From positions 1-46,991 of the IMG/VR virus record IMGVR_UViG_3300030613_000003: a stretch of DNA of 46,991 bases, one strand, 5' to 3'. Below the pieces are notes generated by a model that did not search any database, had not been told where the DNA came from, and saw only the letters and a list, made by a program, of their open reading frames with translations. The position numbers and the translations under genes were made by a program. Shown here one piece after another: positions 37,409-45,837 of the stretch. The DNA comes from a virus. Lineage: Duplodnaviria > Caudoviricetes. Each line of letters opens with the position of its first letter. Positions within the stretch are counted from its first letter, which is position 1.

Positions 37409-38616
37409 TGGTTCTCCTCAGTTCTAATCTTAAACCCGTCGGGTACGTTATCTTTTCCCAACACGATTCCATTGTAGCAAAATGGCATATAGTCACAGCG
37501 AAATCTGGCTTCGCACTGTTGTTCGTTATGGTAGGGACACCCGGCCTTTTTTATGCCCTGCATCGCACGGTAAATATGCAAGAGTTCCCATTCAAATTGT
37601 TGCATTTCCTTGTCCGTGCGGACGATTTGTTTACACGCAAAATAGAACTCCGGGCGTTCCGTGATGTCCTGAAGCAACCTGGCCCCGAACATTTCAGGGG
37701 TCTCCTTAATAGCAAAAGTTCCTTCTTTAGCACCGGGTTCGATCTCAGCTTTAACACCGTTGACAAGAAGGTTTATTAGGTTTTTTCCCTCCCAATGAAG
37801 GGCAAGGCTAAATTCTTGCCCCGCATAAATACCCTTTACTTCATCAGTAACTTCACACTCTACGAACTTCTTACTGTCGGATTGTGACAGTTTCTTCGGA
37901 CTGATTCCCGGTTTGTGCCAGACATCATAGAGAATGGTAGAGATGGATTTCTTGCTATCAATTTCACCGTTCTCCTGCATCTTTCGTGCTGCGTAGAGGT
38001 ACATCGTAGTCTGGGTGTCAAGATTCAGATGGCCCCAATAAGTTGAATCCTGGTCAATCCCCTTGCTGGTCGATTTATGTTCCTTTATGGCCAGATCGCC
38101 ATTAGGCAGGACCACTATTTTATCTATCTTACCCTTCAGTTTTACATTCGGCAGGGCACGGCAGGATGCAGGGTTCACCAGGGGTAGTTCAAATTCCAGT
38201 TCCTCGCAAATAACCTGTTCCGGTTGCTGATCTGAATATAACCACCTGTACCCAATCAGACTGTAGAGCAGAGTTATTCTTTCAATCTCGGCGTCCTCTA
38301 CCGATACGGACACAGGGATATTCTTATAGGCCCGGTCGAGTTCTCGGATCACCGCGTCCATAATATCGTCAGGCAGGAATCCGGTCCCGGCACAGAGGGG
38401 ACAATCAAAACTTATACCGTATGAAATATGTCTATCACGATAGGGACATTCACTGCCCGGTTTCATACTGGCAATTTCAAGGATTTTGTGCCAGTTGGTC
38501 CCGACACGCTGTGCGTCAGTATCTTCTACCCGTCTGATCCCTAAAACATAAGCGTTATACCATCGTGTCGGGCACGCCTTAAATGCTGCTATTGATGATG
38601 CTGATAAGTTAATCAT
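37405..38616 (-). CDS. PD-(D/E)XK (RecB/Cas4-like) exonuclease
   Basis: LSAS..F.ACP, GT.WH, GKIDK..EHKST, Q..MY, C-terminal C..C.Y..FC. Confidence 0.88.
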   Translation of the reverse strand: MINLSASSIAAFKACPTRWYNAYVLGIRRVEDTDAQRVGTNWHKILEIASMKPGSECPYRDRHISYGISFDCPLCAGTGFLPDDIMDAVIRELDRAYKNIPVSVSVEDAEIERITLLYSLIGYRWLYSDQQPEQVICEELEFELPLVNPASCRALPNVKLKGKIDKIVVLPNGDLAIKEHKSTSKGIDQDSTYWGHLNLDTQTTMYLYAARKMQENGEIDSKKSISTILYDVWHKPGISPKKLSQSDSKKFVECEVTDEVKGIYAGQEFSLALHWEGKNLINLLVNGVKAEIEPGAKEGTFAIKETPEMFGARLLQDITERPEFYFACKQIVRTDKEMQQFEWELLHIYRAMQGIKKAGCPYHNEQQCEARFRCDYMPFCYNGIVLGKDNVPDGFKIRTEENQ

Positions 38617-38617
38617 T

Positions 38618-38767
38618 TTATCCCCACAAGTAAATTATACCGTTTGCCAGTCCGAACAATATACCAATCAAGCCTTCTTTTGGCCTGCCCGATCTGAAAG
38701 CCGCAAAACCCACCAAAAATTGTGCGAGCATACACAGTATTCCACCGGCTTTATACAAATTAGTCAT
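38618..38767 (-). CDS. 49-aa two-TM membrane protein
   Basis: Manual translation MTNLYKAGGILCMLAQFLVGFAAFRSGRPKEGLIGILFGLANGIIYLWG. Confidence 0.6.
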   Translation of the reverse strand: MTNLYKAGGILCMLAQFLVGFAAFRSGRPKEGLIGILFGLANGIIYLWG

Positions 38768-39218
38768 TTAAGTAATTTTCCATTTTGTATTCCAGTTCTT
38801 CTGCCCCGTGTACGATTATGTAGATAGCATTATTCCGCTCGATTTTTGTCGCCCGTTTTTGTTGGGACACGCTCCACCGGCCACCTTTTCCGGCTTTACA
38901 TTCGACTTCCAGGTGCCTGCCGTTTGGGAGGATGGCAATAATATCCCCGGCTCCCTCGATTCCATACTTTCGGAATCCCGCGTCACTTAGAATCCCGGCC
39001 CCCACGTTCATTCGGTCGGCCACAATACCACGATGCCGGAGCCATTCAATACAGTCTTTTAGGACTTCGGCCTCTAATTTTTCTTCAACTGTCACAGTAG
39101 GTCTGGTTGTGATCGAACCGTCTTTATTGGTCTCACGTTTGGGTTTTTCCCCGGCGATTACACACCTAAAAGCGGCGTGATAGTCAGCAAATTTTTGGGC
39201 TTTGGTTGAGCGTTTCAT
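38760..39218 (-). CDS. VRR-NUC nuclease / Holliday junction resolvase-like
   Basis: E..V...GAGDII...LEVECKA..G..S..Q. Confidence 0.85.
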   Translation of the reverse strand: MKRSTKAQKFADYHAAFRCVIAGEKPKRETNKDGSITTRPTVTVEEKLEAEVLKDCIEWLRHRGIVADRMNVGAGILSDAGFRKYGIEGAGDIIAILPNGRHLEVECKAGKGGRWSVSQQKRATKIERNNAIYIIVHGAEELEYKMENYLND

Positions 39219-41983
39219 TTTCTGTACCTTTCACTCAGACATCCCTCTGCTGCTAAAGGCAATCCCTCGGCCCAATCGGGACCGGTTGACATTATAGCAA
39301 TCATTTGTTCTAATCGTAGTTTGGCCTCGTATTCCGGCACACAGGCCACCAATTCATCGTGTGAATGGTGGACAATATGGATTCCTTGTTTTTCACATTC
39401 CAGAAGCCAATATCCCAACAGGTCACGGGACAAACTCTGGATGATATTTTCCGTGATACTGCCACCCCACCAAGCAGAGTAATGATCCTTGATCTTGCCC
39501 TTACTGTCCAGGTGGGCGTGACGATAGAACATTTTCCGGCCCGATGGTAGGGTCATTGCCAGGGTAGATTTCTGCATTGCGAATTGCAGCATCACTCGAT
39601 CATTCAGTTTGTACTCGGTTGTTTCGTTGGGGTATTTGACAGGAAAACGGAAACATTTTTCAATAGTGGACCAAAACTCTGGAATCTTGAAGTACGTACT
39701 CCGGTAAGTTTTAATGAGTCGGTCAATGAAATCCCAATCATATTGCCCGGAATCAAATAGTGGACGAAGGGTGTCATTTTCTCGGCATCGACTATAAAAT
39801 TTATTGGTCCCCATTCCATAGCCGCAATTTGACACAATCATACACCCGCACTGGAATCGCTTATAAGACCCCGAATATAGGATGTCTGCTGTTTCTAAGG
39901 TTTTCAATCCTGGTAACGAATCGGAGATTACCAGGTTCATAGTTTCCGTCATTGTTGATTCGGTCGATTTCAAGATTTGGGTTATTCCATCCTGGTAGTG
40001 TGGCCAAGTATTCAAGAAAAGCAACTCTGTCTGCAACCCATTCAGGCCAAACTCTAATACCTCGCTTGCCATAATCTTTGTGTGGTCTCGTTTCGCACCG
40101 ACTAACAATCGCACAAATTCTGTCAAGAAGTCTTGAACGATGCGGGTTTCTAACAAATGTTCTATAGCCCTGAGTTTCCCCGGATGCTTTTTTAGCACAG
40201 ACATTACAGTGTGTAGATTTCCCGGCAACCAAATTGTCTCTTGTTGGAACAGAGACGCCACCGCAAGAGCAACGACATTGGACGGACTCGATCCCGCCAC
40301 ATTGTCCGTATTTAACGGCAATAACTGTAAGTTCCCCGAATCTGTCTCCCACTTTCGGTTGTTTGTGCTTAGTTCTGCTGCTGTAGTCCAGCCGTCCGAG
40401 GTTAAGATTTCGTGTTCTGGCGTCAACCAAATCCCCGCCACATTTATACATTGCTTTTCTCCCTGATAAATTACGCCTCTGTGGGCAACCCATTTTATCC
40501 CGTCCCACAATCTATCAACGGGTGATACATCCTGTATTGGTTTCCACCCGTTATCTGTTAAAACGGGTGTATCGAAGGCAATACAGCCGAGAATAGCATC
40601 TTTGCCAAATCCCCGTCTAATTCCGGCGATTTTGGCTTCTGGTGAGTCATCATCATTCGCAGGTTTCCAAACTCTTTCACCAAAAAGTTTAGAGGCAAAC
40701 TCAGAGTAAATATCTTCTCCATCTGCAAACCCTTTCGTTAGATCATCCTGGCCTGTCAACCAGGCCAGGGCACGGGCTTCAATCTGGGCAGAATCTACGA
40801 TGGCAAGGGTGTAATTCGGGGGGGCCATAAGGCAACCTCGCACCATACCTATAAGTGGATGTATGGGTGTGCCCCGACCCTTGCCACCGAGATTTTGCAA
40901 ATTGATTCCCTCACTACCTGACCAGCGACCCGTATGCCCACCATAATACTTGAGAGGAACCCGAACTTTGTTGTCGGAACAATGGGCCTGGTTGATAATA
41001 CTCTGGACCCTTTTCGCGTGGGAGGGCCAGGATGTTATGTCCAATCGGGCCTGGACCAAATCACGCACCTTTTTCTTGGTGTGAGTAAGTAGCTCCTTGC
41101 AGGCTTCGTCATTTTTCGCAAGAGCAGGAATCATTCCCTTCTTGCCGATTTTCTGGGGAAGGATGTCTTCGCCCAACACTCTCTGCAACATCAGGGGGAA
41201 TTCTGTCCGGCCTCGGAGAGTTTTTCTGATTTCCTCTGTCGCTGTATCTGGTGGCCAGTATATTTTCACCCGGTCGATAGTGGCATCGACCTCGGCAATC
41301 ATCTTGGTTTCGAGTTCCTCGGCTAATGGAAGGTCAAGATTCAGTGTTGGTTTTAGATACAGGTTTAGGGTGTGCTGAGCCAGGTCAAGTTCAAATTTGG
41401 GATTATCTATGATGGGTAGTAATCTTTGGAACAGATCGGTTTCCAGGGCAACGTCCTGTAGGCAGTATTCCTTCATTGCCTCGTGGTCCATTTCGGCCCA
41501 ATGCTGCCCTTTGAATTGATTTGTGTCACCCTTCGCCGTTAGGCCGAATAGGGGGGCTACATCCTTGAGTTTGTGGGACATCCGGGCGTCGAAATACCGG
41601 GTTAAGTCCAGAATGTCGATGGTGTAAGGCGGGTAGATCTCGAAATGACGGGCCAGAATGGTCGGGTCAAACGGGCCATACGATACTACGGTACAGTTCT
41701 GATATGCTTTACCCAGATACTTCCTCAGACCCTCTACTACGCGGGGAACATTTGAACCACCACAAAATCGTGGTTCACTACCAAGTCGGGGGACATTAAA
41801 TCCCTGGATTCCCAGACCTATGAACTCGAACCGGGGGTCGGTAATATACTCGATTGTCGAGAGGGCCTTCTTATCTTTTCCCAGGTGATAATCGGCGTCG
41901 AAATAGGTCTCGAAATCGAGTAGTAGAACCTCGGTCGGAAAACCAGCAGATTGTAGGGTTTCAGTCCAGGTCATTCCAGCCAA
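39215..41983 (-). CDS. polA: Family A DNA polymerase with 3'-5' exonuclease, intein-containing
   Basis: LDFETY, HTGRWSG..NLQNL, motif A DSAQIEAR, motif B GKDAILG|CGYGMG, ENIIQ..RD, motif C HDEL. Confidence 0.95.
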   Translation of the reverse strand: MAGMTWTETLQSAGFPTEVLLLDFETYFDADYHLGKDKKALSTIEYITDPRFEFIGLGIQGFNVPRLGSEPRFCGGSNVPRVVEGLRKYLGKAYQNCTVVSYGPFDPTILARHFEIYPPYTIDILDLTRYFDARMSHKLKDVAPLFGLTAKGDTNQFKGQHWAEMDHEAMKEYCLQDVALETDLFQRLLPIIDNPKFELDLAQHTLNLYLKPTLNLDLPLAEELETKMIAEVDATIDRVKIYWPPDTATEEIRKTLRGRTEFPLMLQRVLGEDILPQKIGKKGMIPALAKNDEACKELLTHTKKKVRDLVQARLDITSWPSHAKRVQSIINQAHCSDNKVRVPLKYYGGHTGRWSGSEGINLQNLGGKGRGTPIHPLIGMVRGCLMAPPNYTLAIVDSAQIEARALAWLTGQDDLTKGFADGEDIYSEFASKLFGERVWKPANDDDSPEAKIAGIRRGFGKDAILGCIAFDTPVLTDNGWKPIQDVSPVDRLWDGIKWVAHRGVIYQGEKQCINVAGIWLTPEHEILTSDGWTTAAELSTNNRKWETDSGNLQLLPLNTDNVAGSSPSNVVALAVASLFQQETIWLPGNLHTVMSVLKKHPGKLRAIEHLLETRIVQDFLTEFVRLLVGAKRDHTKIMASEVLEFGLNGLQTELLFLNTWPHYQDGITQILKSTESTMTETMNLVISDSLPGLKTLETADILYSGSYKRFQCGCMIVSNCGYGMGTNKFYSRCRENDTLRPLFDSGQYDWDFIDRLIKTYRSTYFKIPEFWSTIEKCFRFPVKYPNETTEYKLNDRVMLQFAMQKSTLAMTLPSGRKMFYRHAHLDSKGKIKDHYSAWWGGSITENIIQSLSRDLLGYWLLECEKQGIHIVHHSHDELVACVPEYEAKLRLEQMIAIMSTGPDWAEGLPLAAEGCLSERYRK
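39827..40585 (-). mobile_element. Intein (253 aa) in PolA motif B
   Basis: Starts CIAFDTPVLTDNGWKPIQDV, block B LTPEHEI, ends IVSN followed by Cys+1; removal restores motif B. Confidence 0.93.
39861..40508 (-). CDS. HNH-type homing endonuclease nested out of frame within the intein
   Basis: GDRFGELTV..CRCSCG..GKSTHC..C; YGKRGIRV..W; EIDRINNDGNYEPGNLRFVT..N..N; true start uncertain. Confidence 0.88.
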   Translation of the reverse strand: MGRDKMGCPQRRNLSGRKAMYKCGGDLVDARTRNLNLGRLDYSSRTKHKQPKVGDRFGELTVIAVKYGQCGGIESVQCRCSCGGVSVPTRDNLVAGKSTHCNVCAKKASGETQGYRTFVRNPHRSRLLDRICAIVSRCETRPHKDYGKRGIRVWPEWVADRVAFLEYLATLPGWNNPNLEIDRINNDGNYEPGNLRFVTRIENLRNSRHPIFGVL

Positions 41984-42387
41984 TATCCTTTCACAAGATC
42001 GCCGTGTACGGTTAGGGTGTCGTAGTTGTTACAAACGAATAGCAGACAGTCAATAATGCTTTCACAACCTGTGACCAGATGGGTATCTTCGGTCGCAATA
42101 AACGTCCAGTATTCCTGGATAAGCCGGGACACCAACGCGAATACACAATGTATCTTGGTCGCGGAATAGGCACTCGTCGGGTAGTTGGGCTTGTCAACAT
42201 ACGGTAATCTGGCAATATCGTATAGCGGTGTAGGTTCAATTACATCAATAAATTTTTCAATAACAACCCTGTCTTTCGGATTTTTAGCCAGGGTCATCGC
42301 CGCCAAAATCGCCCGGCGGATTTCCTGTTTCAGCCGTTTTCGTTCTTGCCAGAATAGAATTTTTTCTTTGCCGGGGAAATTGATCAT
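41971..42387 (-). CDS. Hypothetical protein
   Basis: 138-aa coupled ORF. Confidence 0.7.
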   Translation of the reverse strand: MINFPGKEKILFWQERKRLKQEIRRAILAAMTLAKNPKDRVVIEKFIDVIEPTPLYDIARLPYVDKPNYPTSAYSATKIHCVFALVSRLIQEYWTFIATEDTHLVTGCESIIDCLLFVCNNYDTLTVHGDLVKGYWLE

Positions 42388-42587
42388 TCGACATCCTTAT
42401 AGAAATGACGACCCATCAGTTTATTGACCTTACGCTTCATATCCTTACGAGTATCAGTACAGTGCGGACAATCACACCACTGCCAGGGTAATTCTCGTGG
42501 GTCGCTGTTACAGTATGACCGTCGTGTGACTAACTCGGCGTTCAGGCGTCCGGCCTCGGAAAAGGGTTTCTGGTATTCGTGGGTCAT
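42384..42587 (-). CDS. Hypothetical protein
   Basis: ATGA coupling; CDCPHC. Confidence 0.65.
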   Translation of the reverse strand: MTHEYQKPFSEAGRLNAELVTRRSYCNSDPRELPWQWCDCPHCTDTRKDMKRKVNKLMGRHFYKDVE

Positions 42588-43273
42588 CTCTTATCCCAAT
42601 ACTTTTCACCTTCACCCATCGGCATTATTTCCAGATAGGGCATACCATTCAGGACTACTGCGGCGGAAATAACAGACCGCGTTTTGTTGAATTGGTTGTA
42701 CTGAAACGCCAATTCCCTGTCGTTAATCCCACAGCCAACATCCATTCCGAATAACCGAGCGTGGGGGTTCACCAGCCATTTAATCCCCGCCGCCGAATGA
42801 TTGTGGCCAATCACTACGGACATTGCCATCTTCCGCATTGCAGTATAGGCGGGGTGTAAAGCCCCGGTACTCATTCCGTGATAATAGAATACATTATCTA
42901 TTGTATGTTCCCACTGCCAATCCCATCCGGGCGTGTCCCACAATTCACGATAGGATTTTAGTAGCTGGCTCGGAATGTTCACTGAACCCGCAACACGGAT
43001 AATTCGAGCATCGTGGTTTCCGATACAAATTTTGGCTTTCGGGAATGTTCCGTGCCATTCCTTTACAGCTTCACAAGTCCGTTCATACTCCTCTTTAGCA
43101 TTGGGCATTTCTGGATTTTTGATATGAAAACTGATGGCGGAACAATCCACCACGTCTCCAATATGCAAAACAGAATCGCACTTGTATTCTTTACGAAGGT
43201 CTTTACAAAATTGTAAATAACCCTTTCGCACGTATGGTAGATGAGTATCGCCAATCACTAAAGGTCGTGACAT
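42584..43273 (-). CDS. Calcineurin-like metallophosphoesterase
   Basis: GDTH, GDVVD, GNHD, YHG, GHNH motifs. Confidence 0.92.
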   Translation of the reverse strand: MSRPLVIGDTHLPYVRKGYLQFCKDLRKEYKCDSVLHIGDVVDCSAISFHIKNPEMPNAKEEYERTCEAVKEWHGTFPKAKICIGNHDARIIRVAGSVNIPSQLLKSYRELWDTPGWDWQWEHTIDNVFYYHGMSTGALHPAYTAMRKMAMSVVIGHNHSAAGIKWLVNPHARLFGMDVGCGINDRELAFQYNQFNKTRSVISAAVVLNGMPYLEIMPMGEGEKYWDKR

Positions 43274-43274
43274 A

Positions 43275-43445
43275 TTATTCCTTTTCTTTCGTTTCCCTGT
43301 GTACTATTTTTACCCCGCAATATGGGCAATAGACCATTCGATTTTCTGTGGGAGTCCCTTCAGTCAATGTAAAGGCATTGTTGCAGGATGTTCGCCAAAA
43401 ATCGGACTCTTCATCGTTAATCCATTTACAGCTTTTCTTTGCCAT
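43275..43445 (-). CDS. 56-aa zinc-ribbon protein
   Basis: Manual translation MAKKSCKW...WRTSC...YCPYCG; AAGGAG RBS. Confidence 0.75.
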   Translation of the reverse strand: MAKKSCKWINDEESDFWRTSCNNAFTLTEGTPTENRMVYCPYCGVKIVHRETKEKE

Positions 43446-43467
43446 TTCATTCTCCTTTCAAGAACAC

Positions 43468-43587
43468 CCCGGCGGGCAGGAGTCCCGACCTCGCTTCCTG
43501 CTGACCACTAAATCTGACACAGGTTCTTGGTAGTGTTGCCAATGCCAGATTCTTATTTCGCATCAGTGCTACCACACCGCCGCCGGG
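43468..43587 (-). ncRNA. tRNA-like structured RNA, copy 2
   Basis: CCCGGCGG...GCAGGA-loop-TCCTGC-CCGCCGGG. Confidence 0.6.
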
Positions 43588-43597
43588 TTATTTGGAG

Positions 43598-43786
43598 TCA
43601 TTTTCCGACAAAACACACTTCTGTAAGTAGAATACCAATATCTACTAACTGATACCGGCCACATTCTTCACTGCCTATATCGCCAGAAGATGCCTTTTGG
43701 GGCGTTATATCGGCAATCAGGCACGTCTCGTCACCATCTTGCTCGACTCTGACATAAATCACCTTTGGTAATTGGTTCTTTGCCAT
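43598..43786 (-). CDS. Hypothetical protein
   Basis: AAGGAG RBS, 62 aa. Confidence 0.75.
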   Translation of the reverse strand: MAKNQLPKVIYVRVEQDGDETCLIADITPQKASSGDIGSEECGRYQLVDIGILLTEVCFVGK

Positions 43787-43811
43787 CTTTTATTCTCCTT
43801 TCTCAAAAATA

Positions 43812-43992
43812 CCCCGGCGGGCAGGACTCCTACGGCGGGTTCCGCCCGTTTTTCAGAGCGGCAATAGGCAAGGCTGTTCATTTGGCGTATTCTTGTGCGT
43901 CCACAAAACCGTTTCAAATATCCCTACACGCTACTCCGAATACTGTCGGAACCCCCGTAGTAATCCTGACGTTCTTCACGCCGCCGCCGGGG
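43812..43992 (-). ncRNA. tRNA-like structured RNA, copy 3
   Basis: CCCCGGCGG...CAGGATT/AGTCCTG..CCGCCGGGG with internal hairpins. Confidence 0.6.
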
Positions 43993-43993
43993 G

Positions 43994-44404
43994 CTATTCA
44001 TTTGGAAAATTTACTTCAATAAAACGGGCCAACACTTCCATCCGCCGTGCATCAGCTTCCGTTAGAATACGGTGAGGGATATTATGTGTCTCGGCAAACT
44101 CTATTTCTTTGGACATTCCGCTCGACACCAAACCCCCCGGTGCATAGACCAACAAAAAATCCCGCTTTGCCAGGGCTTCGCAATCAGCCTCAAGAAGCTG
44201 GTTAATTGTAATGTCGCCCTTTTGATAAAGGATAGCCAGAACTTCGTCGTGTTCCGCCGGTACGTAAAGGTCGAGGTTGGGAAAAAATAACCGTATTGTG
44301 TCGGCAAATCGTATCGCTGCCTGATTGTTGGCAGCCATATCCTCTGGAGTCGCGTCCTCACCTTTCGGGCCGCGAATCGGGTGTGAAAGATACGCTCTAA
44401 GCAT
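43994..44404 (-). CDS. Nucleoside 2-deoxyribosyltransferase-like protein
   Basis: AYLSHPI..D.E.L...D..SSGM..EIEFA...IP; likely start 44404. Confidence 0.75.
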   Translation of the reverse strand: MLRAYLSHPIRGPKGEDATPEDMAANNQAAIRFADTIRLFFPNLDLYVPAEHDEVLAILYQKGDITINQLLEADCEALAKRDFLLVYAPGGLVSSGMSKEIEFAETHNIPHRILTEADARRMEVLARFIEVNFPNE

Positions 44405-44930
44405 TTTCAAGTTTCCAATTTTTATGATTTGGATAGGGTCCACAATCAGAACACGGAACATCATTGGGGCATATTGCAATGTGTTTGCAATTACGGCAGC
44501 GTCGGTCTTCCATCGGGACTTGATTTTCGTCGCCACACAGAAAGGATTGGTATTCGTTGCTACATACAGATATAGTTCCATATTTCGGAAGATCGTTTAG
44601 GTTGGCGGGCAACACACCATCCGCTATCATTTTTCGATAATGAGCAAGAGCGTGCCACCAAAATCCAACGGCGGACAGGTGGTCTTCGTCCGTTAGGCCC
44701 ATCTGAAATTTGGCCGTGTGGCGAAGAAGTTTCCCGATACATACACTGAATGGGATTCCCTTTTCCCAATTCCGAGGGGCATATTTCTCCGCTCCCTTGC
44801 CGAGCCAGGTGGCCAAATCATACAAGGAAAATGGCGATAGTAGCTCAAATGCGGCCTGGGAATGTCCTGGGTCACTCAAAGCACCTGTTGCCGATTCCAT
44901 ACGCTGTCCTGTATCGTTCATCTCGACCAT
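44397..44930 (-). CDS. DUF5664 / dATP-dGTP diphosphohydrolase-like protein with Cys-rich tail
   Basis: TGA..D..FELL..GAEKYAPRNWEKG..RH..EDHL; GAGGAG RBS before 44930. Confidence 0.85.
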   Translation of the reverse strand: MVEMNDTGQRMESATGALSDPGHSQAAFELLSPFSLYDLATWLGKGAEKYAPRNWEKGIPFSVCIGKLLRHTAKFQMGLTDEDHLSAVGFWWHALAHYRKMIADGVLPANLNDLPKYGTISVCSNEYQSFLCGDENQVPMEDRRCRNCKHIAICPNDVPCSDCGPYPNHKNWKLENA

Positions 44931-44940
44931 AATTCTCCTC

Positions 44941-45010
44941 AAAAAAGCCGACCCCTGAACCCATTGCTTTACTTCCGGTTGTTGCAATAGCTGAATGGCG
45001 GGGTCGGCTT
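44941..45010 (-). other. Long intergenic stem-loop followed by a U-tract
   Basis: 11-bp stem AAGCCGACCCC/GGGGTCGGCTT then TTTT and the RBS. Confidence 0.6.
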
Positions 45011-45012
45011 GA

Positions 45013-45255
45013 CTAAAATTTTTCCTTCACAAATTCGTCCATACTTGGGTCATACCGGGCCATCTTACCTCTGGGGATAAAGGATAACTCAGCGAATAGT
45101 TGCGGGGCTTTTTGCCTGACAGACCTCAATAACTGCTGAATTCTACGAACAGTTATTCCCATTTTCTTTGCCGCCCTTTCGACAGATAAATCCTTAAAAT
45201 CACAAGATACGAGTCGATATGCCTGTTCTTCTTGTTCTGTAATCCGGCATTTCAT
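45013..45255 (-). CDS. Sigma70 region-4-like HTH transcription regulator
   Basis: ITEQEEQAYRL...LSVERAAKKMGITVRRIQQLL; GGAGG RBS before 45255. Confidence 0.8.
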   Translation of the reverse strand: MKCRITEQEEQAYRLVSCDFKDLSVERAAKKMGITVRRIQQLLRSVRQKAPQLFAELSFIPRGKMARYDPSMDEFVKEKF

Positions 45256-45266
45256 ATACGCCTCCA

Positions 45267-45301
45267 TAATACCTGTCAAAATCCCGAAAAACGAAGGGTT
45301 T
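45267..45301 (-). promoter_or_regulatory. Putative phage-specific promoter, second copy
   Basis: AAACCCTTCGT-N9-TTTTGACAGGTATTA, A-tracts upstream. Confidence 0.7.
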
Positions 45302-45337
45302 CAACAAGATTTTTTCTAATTTTTCCAAATTTTCTTT

Positions 45338-45538
45338 TCAAGACCACGCTCGCGGGTCGCCGTATTTCCGTTCCATTCCCTGATACGTCGCCTGGATTCG
45401 TTCCAGCGTTCCCCTGGCAATCACCAGGGCCAAACGAAGGCCGTGCGTAGCAATCAGCCGGTTGGATTCTTTCTCGACGGCCCTGGTGACGGTATCGGCT
45501 TCTTTCTTACTGAACCTTATTCGTTTTCCTTCTGGCAC
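45338..45538 (-). CDS. Hypothetical protein
   Basis: AAGGA RBS, GTG start. Confidence 0.65.
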   Translation of the reverse strand: MPEGKRIRFSKKEADTVTRAVEKESNRLIATHGLRLALVIARGTLERIQATYQGMERKYGDPRAWS

Positions 45539-45695
45539 TATTACGTTTCCTTATATTAAACAACCTTGATACACCCGCCCACCAGGGCCATCCATTTCGC
45601 ACAGCCCAACCTAAAGGTTCTTCCCTGGGGATTAGTTCTCCGTATGCGTCCTTAGTAAATTTTCTGGGGTCGTAATCAATTCTGTTCATCTTCAT
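45507..45695 (-). CDS. Hypothetical protein
   Basis: AGGAG RBS; start approximate. Confidence 0.55.
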   Translation of the reverse strand: MKMNRIDYDPRKFTKDAYGELIPREEPLGWAVRNGWPWWAGVSRLFNIRKRNSARRKTNKVQ

Positions 45696-45837
45696 CTTCT
45701 CCTGTCTCAAGAATATACCAACCTAATATCCCAAAAGCTTCTTCGGCGGCATCGTCGTAAAGTGTACTATCTAATTCAATACGGTCATTCCCATCGGCGT
45801 TATTTACTAATTCATATTTACTCACAGGTCTGCCCTT

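Noticed and set aside
37405-38616. CRISPR-associated Cas4
   Set aside because: No cas1/cas2 or array; context with Sak4-like ATPase and SSB indicates a recombination exonuclease.
42584-44930. Complete 2-aminoadenine (Z) genome pathway
   Set aside because: No PurZ/adenylosuccinate synthetase homologue recognised anywhere in the genome.
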